Source of the DNA: Longimicrobiales bacterium
GTDB taxonomy: Bacteria > Gemmatimonadota > Gemmatimonadetes > Longimicrobiales > Gaopeijiaceae
NCBI GenBank assembly: GCA_965202805.1
Contig: OZ241869.1
Coordinates: 736,001-800,000, forward strand
Direction of reading: 5' to 3'
DNA: 64,000 nucleotides
Part shown: positions 58,962-64,000 of the stretch, piece after piece
How positions within the stretch are numbered: position 1 is the stretch's first letter
Layout of the letters: each line of letters begins with the position of its first letter
Program-made: the position numbers and the translations under genes
The notes under the pieces: model-generated
Seen by the model: only the letters and a program-made list of their open reading frames with translations
Database searches by the model: none
Told to the model about the DNA's origin: nothing

Positions 58962-60320
58962 ATGATAGCGAACTCGGGCCAGATAATCGCGGCATTCCGT
59001 GACATGGCCGCCACCAAGAACCTGTCCGTGGATGAACTCAACGAGTTGATCCAGGACGGCATCATGGCCGGCCTCGCACGCATCCACGGGCCCAACGTGC
59101 GTGCGGAGATCGACGTCGACGACATGAGCGGCGCGATCGATATCGTCGTTCTCAAGCAGGTTGTGGAGCAGGTCGAGGACGGTTCCGCGGAGATTTCCCT
59201 GGAGGAGGCCCGCTGGGACGACGAGGACTTCGAGGTCGGAGACCTCATGGAGATCCCCATGGACTTCTCCGAGTTCGGACGCAATGCGGTAATGGCGACC
59301 AAGCAGCGCATCGTCCAGCGTATCCGCGAGAACGAGCGCGACCGGATTCGGGAGGAGTTCGCGGACCGGGTCGGCGAGCTGCTTTCGGGTGACGTGCAGC
59401 AGATCGAGCGAGGCAAGGTGGTGGTGATGCTGAACCTCGCCAAGGATGCGGACGCCATCATCCCCTGGAAGGAGCAGAACCCCCGGGAGCGTTTCCGTCA
59501 GGGCGACCCGATTCGCGCGGTGTTGAAGAAGATCGAGGAGTCGCCCAAGGGGCCTCGGCTCATACTGTCGCGCGCGGATCCCGTCTTCGTCGAATCCCTC
59601 TTCAGGCTCGAGGTGCCGGAGATCTACCAGGGCATCGTCGATATCCGGGAGAAGGCCAGGGAGGTCGGCGGCAGAACCAAGATCGCGGTCTCGTCGCGCG
59701 ACGAGTCCATCGATCCGGTGGGCGCTTGCGTCGGGTTGAAGGGGTCCCGCGTCCAGGCCGTGGTTTCCGAGCTGGGGGGCGAACGCATCGACATCGTGCC
59801 CTGGCATCCCGATCCCGAAGTATTCGCGCGCAGAGCACTGGCGCCTGCCCGGGTTGCCAAGGTCATCAGCAACTACGACACCCAGGTGATCACCGCCATC
59901 GTGGACGAGGATCAGTTGTCATTGGCGATCGGCCGCAATGGACAGAACGTTCGCCTGGCATCGCAGCTCATCGGGTGGCAGATCGATCTCTACGGCTCTC
60001 GCGAGTGGCTTGAACGGGGAGCGGACACCGCCATCTTCCCGGATCCCGAGGAGAACTACGAGACGTCCGATTTTCCACTCGCGGAGCTGGAGTTGCCCCA
60101 CGATGCGCTCGATGCGCTGGGAGGGGCCGGATACACCACGTTCCTCCAGATCATTAACCTTGACAGGGGAGAGTTCCTGGCGATACCGGGACTCTCGATC
60201 GATGCCGTAGACCAGATCGTCGCTCTGATCGACGAGTTGACCGTGATCGAGGGCGAAGAAGACGCGCAACCCGAAGCTATGCCGGACGGAGAGCACACAG
60301 ACGGATCAGGAGCCAGGTAG
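58962..60320 (+). CDS. nusA: Transcription termination factor NusA
   Basis: FGRNAVMATKQRIVQRIRE, S1/KH domains, IDPVGACVGLKGSRV, LSLAIGRNGQNVRLAS. Confidence 0.97.
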   Translation: MIANSGQIIAAFRDMAATKNLSVDELNELIQDGIMAGLARIHGPNVRAEIDVDDMSGAIDIVVLKQVVEQVEDGSAEISLEEARWDDEDFEVGDLMEIPMDFSEFGRNAVMATKQRIVQRIRENERDRIREEFADRVGELLSGDVQQIERGKVVVMLNLAKDADAIIPWKEQNPRERFRQGDPIRAVLKKIEESPKGPRLILSRADPVFVESLFRLEVPEIYQGIVDIREKAREVGGRTKIAVSSRDESIDPVGACVGLKGSRVQAVVSELGGERIDIVPWHPDPEVFARRALAPARVAKVISNYDTQVITAIVDEDQLSLAIGRNGQNVRLASQLIGWQIDLYGSREWLERGADTAIFPDPEENYETSDFPLAELELPHDALDALGGAGYTTFLQIINLDRGEFLAIPGLSIDAVDQIVALIDELTVIEGEEDAQPEAMPDGEHTDGSGAR

Positions 60321-60380
60321 CCGGCACAGCCGGTTTCGGTTGCCGGGCCAGAAGGCCAACCAGGGAGGAAGTCCAGGGGC

Positions 60381-63300
60381 ATGCGGGTGTTCGAGCTTGC
60401 GAGAGACTTGCGGGTCTCGTCGCGGATGCTGTTGACGCTACTGCGCAAGATGGGCGTAGCGCTGCACGGGGACAGGGATTTCGTGCCCGCCGACGATGTT
60501 TCGCGTCTGCTGGCGCGAATCGAGCGCGAGCGGCGACAGAGCGGTTTCGGGACCCGGGAAGCGGTGCAGGCCGCGCTGGAGGATGTCCGCGCAACCCATG
60601 TCCGGCGGAGGCGCAGCCGCAGGCGGATCAGGCGCGCGACACCCCCCGAGGCCGAAGTTGCGTCCGTGTCGGCTTCGGTTGCGGTGGAGGAGAGCCCGGG
60701 CACGACGGCTGCACCAGCGGATTCGCCACCCGCGCCCGGCGGAGAGCCGGATGGGTCGAGCGGTTCGCCGGAGTCCTCGCCCGGAGCAGTGGCCGCAGTG
60801 ACGTCCGGAGGCGCCGGGGCGGAGGAACTCGCCCGGCGCGTCGGTTCCGGAGCACGGCATGCATCCAACGGCGAAGCGCTGGCGGACGAGTCCGTGGCAT
60901 CGCGCGCGGACGTCTCCGAGGCCGGAGCCGATTCGCTCCCGGACGGCCCTGACCGCCTCGGCGATGCAATCCGGGCCACCGGTGGGAGGGATCCCGCGGC
61001 CGTAGCTGCCCCCGAGCCCTCGCAGGCTGTCGTTGGCGGTGAGCCGGGTGCGGCACGGCAGGCCGAGGGCGGGTCCGCCTCCGCTTCACCCCCGGCCGAC
61101 CATCGAGACACGGTCTCCGACCCACCGCCCGGAAGCGAGGTGGCGGCCCCGGTCGCCGACGCCGGAGCGTCTCCCGAGGCGCCTCCCTCCTCCACCTCCG
61201 CGCAACCTGAGGCGGCCTCCTCCGACCCTGGCCGGGCGGCCCCTGGCGGAGACGCGGACGTCACTCCCACGGAAACGTTCCCGGCGCCGGCGCGACCGAA
61301 GCTGCGTTCGGCGCGCAGCCAGGGCCCCGAGGGTCCCGTTCGCGTCGTGCGCAAGTCGCCGCGGCTGGCCCCGGCGGCCAGCGCGGGTCCCGGAGGGCAG
61401 GTGCGCATCCAGGCCGAGGGGTACGGGCCGGACGGAAGGCGCAAGAGAGGAAGGAAGAAGGGCAGAAGGCGCCAGCGGGTCGACCAGGGCGCGGTGCAGC
61501 AGAACATCCAGCGAGTGATGGCCGAACTGAAGGGCGGGGGCCGGCGTCGGCGCAAGAGTCGCGAGCCCCGTCCGACGGTGGAGGAAAAGGAGGCGCGCAA
61601 GGAGGAGGCCAGAAAGGAGGAAGAGCGCGAGGCCACCACGGTGCGCGTCAACGAGTTTCTGACCGTCGCCGAACTCGGGGAACTCATCGACATCTCTTCG
61701 ACCGAACTCATCGGCTCCGCGTTCAAGAGCCTGGGCCTCATGGTAACGATCAACCAGCGGCTGGATTTCGACCAGATTGAAATGCTGCTGGAGGAGTTCA
61801 ACTTCACCGCCGTGCGGGAGCAGGAGTACGGGGCGGCCGAAGAAGATGACCTCGAGGACGAGGACGATCTCGCGCTGGCGATGCCGCGCCCGCCGGTGGT
61901 CACGGTCATGGGTCACGTGGACCACGGCAAGACGAAGCTGCTCGACTCGATCCGAAACACCAACGTCGTCGCGGGCGAGTCCGGTGGCATCACGCAGCAT
62001 ATCGGCGCCCACCACGTGGAAGTGGACGGCGACCGCTCTCTCACGTTCCTGGATACGCCGGGCCACGCCGCCTTCACCGCAATGCGCGCGCGGGGCGCCG
62101 ACGTCACCGACATCGTGATCCTGGTGGTGGCGGCGGACGACTCGGTCATGCCGCAGACCATCGAGGCGATCTCGCACGCGCGAAACGCCGGCGTCCCCAT
62201 CGTGGTGGCCATCAACAAGATGGACCTTCCTGCGGCGAACGCCGACCGCGTCAAGCAGCAGCTCCTCAATCACGAAGTCACCGTGGAGGACTTCGGAGGC
62301 GACGTGCTCGTGGCGCCGATCTCCGCCCGCGACGGGACCGGAATCGACGAGCTGCTGGAGAAGGTGCTGCTTCAGGCCGAGCTGCTCGAGCTGAAGGCCA
62401 ATCCGGACCGCGCGGCGACGGGAGCCGTGATCGAAGCCAGGCTGGATATCGGGAAAGGCCCCGTCGTGTCCGTGCTGGTTCAGCGGGGCACCCTGCGGGT
62501 GGGCGACGACTTCATCTGCGGCAAATACGACGGCCGCGTGCGAGCGTTGCTGGACGAGCGCGGAGGCGTGGTGGAAGAGGCGGGCCCCGGGATTCCCGTG
62601 CAGATTCTGGGCGTGAGGGGCGTGCCCCAGGCGGGAGATACGCTGCAGGTCATGGAAGCCATGCGCGCGTCGGAGATCGCCGGCACCCGGCAGCGCCTGG
62701 AGCGGGAGAAGCTTCTGCGCATCAAGGATCGCGGGATCAGGCTCGGCGACTTCTCCCAGATCCTGTCGGCAGGTCAGGTGAGCACGCTGCCCCTCATTAT
62801 CAAGGGCGACGTGGACGGCTCCGTACAGGCGGTGTCGGACACGCTCCAGCGGCTCAGCACGGCGGAAGTGCAGGTGGAGATCGTCCACCGGGCCGTCGGG
62901 GCCATCAACGAGGAGGACGTCCTGCTGGCGCGTACCGCCGGCGGTGTGATCATCGGCTTCAGAGTGCGTCCCAACGTCAACGCCCGGCAGCTGGCCGAGC
63001 GTGAAGGCGTGGACATCCAGATCTACGACGTCATCTACGACGCCGAGAACGATGTGCGCGCCGCTCTCGAAGGCATGCTCGCACCCGAGCGCCGTGAGAA
63101 GGTTGTGGGAAGCGCGGAGGTGCGGGAGACCTTCAAGGTGACGAAGGTGGGCACCATCGCGGGCTGCTATGTGAGCGAAGGCGCTGTGGAACACCAGGCG
63201 ACGGTGCGCCTGATCCGGGACGGCATCGTAGCGTACACGGGGGAAATCGGTTCGCTCAAGCGGTTCAAGGACGACGTGAAACTGGTCCGCAACGGGCTCG

Positions 63301-63413
63301 AGTGCGGGATCGGAATCGCCAACTACAACGATGTCAAAGTGGGTGATGTCATCGAGTGCTTCGTGGTCGAGGAAGTCGCGCGCACCCTGGCCGGAAGTGC
63401 CCACGCGCGATGA
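60381..63413 (+). CDS. infB: Translation initiation factor IF-2
   Basis: MRVFELA start; [50 protein letters not shown]. Confidence 0.97.
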   Translation: MRVFELARDLRVSSRMLLTLLRKMGVALHGDRDFVPADDVSRLLARIERERRQSGFGTREAVQAALEDVRATHVRRRRSRRRIRRATPPEAEVASVSASVAVEESPGTTAAPADSPPAPGGEPDGSSGSPESSPGAVAAVTSGGAGAEELARRVGSGARHASNGEALADESVASRADVSEAGADSLPDGPDRLGDAIRATGGRDPAAVAAPEPSQAVVGGEPGAARQAEGGSASASPPADHRDTVSDPPPGSEVAAPVADAGASPEAPPSSTSAQPEAASSDPGRAAPGGDADVTPTETFPAPARPKLRSARSQGPEGPVRVVRKSPRLAPAASAGPGGQVRIQAEGYGPDGRRKRGRKKGRRRQRVDQGAVQQNIQRVMAELKGGGRRRRKSREPRPTVEEKEARKEEARKEEEREATTVRVNEFLTVAELGELIDISSTELIGSAFKSLGLMVTINQRLDFDQIEMLLEEFNFTAVREQEYGAAEEDDLEDEDDLALAMPRPPVVTVMGHVDHGKTKLLDSIRNTNVVAGESGGITQHIGAHHVEVDGDRSLTFLDTPGHAAFTAMRARGADVTDIVILVVAADDSVMPQTIEAISHARNAGVPIVVAINKMDLPAANADRVKQQLLNHEVTVEDFGGDVLVAPISARDGTGIDELLEKVLLQAELLELKANPDRAATGAVIEARLDIGKGPVVSVLVQRGTLRVGDDFICGKYDGRVRALLDERGGVVEEAGPGIPVQILGVRGVPQAGDTLQVMEAMRASEIAGTRQRLEREKLLRIKDRGIRLGDFSQILSAGQVSTLPLIIKGDVDGSVQAVSDTLQRLSTAEVQVEIVHRAVGAINEEDVLLARTAGGVIIGFRVRPNVNARQLAEREGVDIQIYDVIYDAENDVRAALEGMLAPERREKVVGSAEVRETFKVTKVGTIAGCYVSEGAVEHQATVRLIRDGIVAYTGEIGSLKRFKDDVKLVRNGLECGIGIANYNDVKVGDVIECFVVEEVARTLAGSAHAR

Positions 63414-63443
63414 AGCTGCAGGCGGTCCGGCAGGTCGCCGGCC

Positions 63444-63725
63444 GTGGTGATCGGGGCGATCTCCTGGGACCTGCTGCTTCCGGGGTGCGTGTCCCTCAAG
63501 GACAAGCGCCGCGTTGTCCGGTCCCTGAAGGACCGCATGCGCCACCGCTTCAACGTCGGGGTCTCGGAGACCCATATGCGGGAGCTGCACGCGCGAGCGG
63601 GTCTGACGGCGGTCTTCGTAACCACGGAGGGGCGTCATGCCGAGTCGATTCGCGGCCACCTCGCCGGTTTCGTCGAAGCCGATGGCCGCGTCGTCGTATT
63701 GACGGCCCGCGATCCCCTGGCCTGA
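63444..63725 (+). CDS. DUF503 (YlxP-like) protein
   Basis: SLKDKRRVVRSLKDRMRHRFNVGVSE; usual position between infB and rbfA. Confidence 0.88.
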   Translation: MVIGAISWDLLLPGCVSLKDKRRVVRSLKDRMRHRFNVGVSETHMRELHARAGLTAVFVTTEGRHAESIRGHLAGFVEADGRVVVLTARDPLA

Positions 63726-63793
63726 AGCCCCCCGGGGCTCCCTTGGAGGTCGGCGTGGCCGCCTGGTTCTTCGGCCCCGGTCCCTGATCGCAG

Positions 63794-64000
63794 ATGGCTC
63801 GACGGCTCGCCCGGGTGAACAGCCAGTTGCAGCGGGAGATCACGCGCATCCTCCGCAGCCAGGTGCGCGATCCCCGGGTAGGCACGCCGGTGGTCACCGA
63901 AGTCCGGGTGACCTCCGATCTCTCGTTCGCGCGGGTCTTCGTAAGGCTGGACGGCAGCGACCGCGAACGCGATCAGGCAATGGAAGGTCTCTCGGCTTCG
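63794..64000 (+). CDS. rbfA: Ribosome-binding factor A (3' truncated by window)
   Basis: MARRLARVNSQLQREITRILRSQVRDPRVG...VTEVRVTSDLSFARVFV. Confidence 0.93.
   Translation, partial: MARRLARVNSQLQREITRILRSQVRDPRVGTPVVTEVRVTSDLSFARVFVRLDGSDRERDQAMEGLSAS

Overview
High-GC (roughly 70%, estimated by eye) bacterial chromosome segment, mostly core genes. Gene order (rplM-rpsI-rpsB-tsf-pyrH-frr-uppS-cdsA-dxr-rseP; nusA-infB-DUF503-rbfA) and several hypothetical proteins suggest Gemmatimonadota or a related FCB-group lineage; this is inference. In order: grpE (partial)-dnaJ; cysteine desulfurase-mnmA; a stand-alone HIRAN protein; a TolC/adaptor/2x MacB-permease exporter with no ATPase gene; a 1386-aa NtrY-like kinase; a group II PLP decarboxylase; a three-part pnt transhydrogenase; an outer-membrane barrel with a sigma-54-like promoter; and comM/yifB with a repeat-rich upstream region. 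Next come an accessory-looking signalling block (periplasmic binding protein, TorS-like kinase, REC-PP2C, RsbW-like kinase, STAS, no sigma factor), a porin, an Fhs with a eukaryote-like insertion, and thpR-sigma54 regulator-lepB. The window ends with the translation/MEP cluster, sugar-nucleotide genes, serS-kinase-pcrA-gatCAB, a Cys-to-Asp MurA, and a nusA-infB operon that has a leader terminator but lacks rimP. I saw no rRNA, tRNA, CRISPR array, transposase or integrase. All calls come from motif recognition by eye; no database searches were run.
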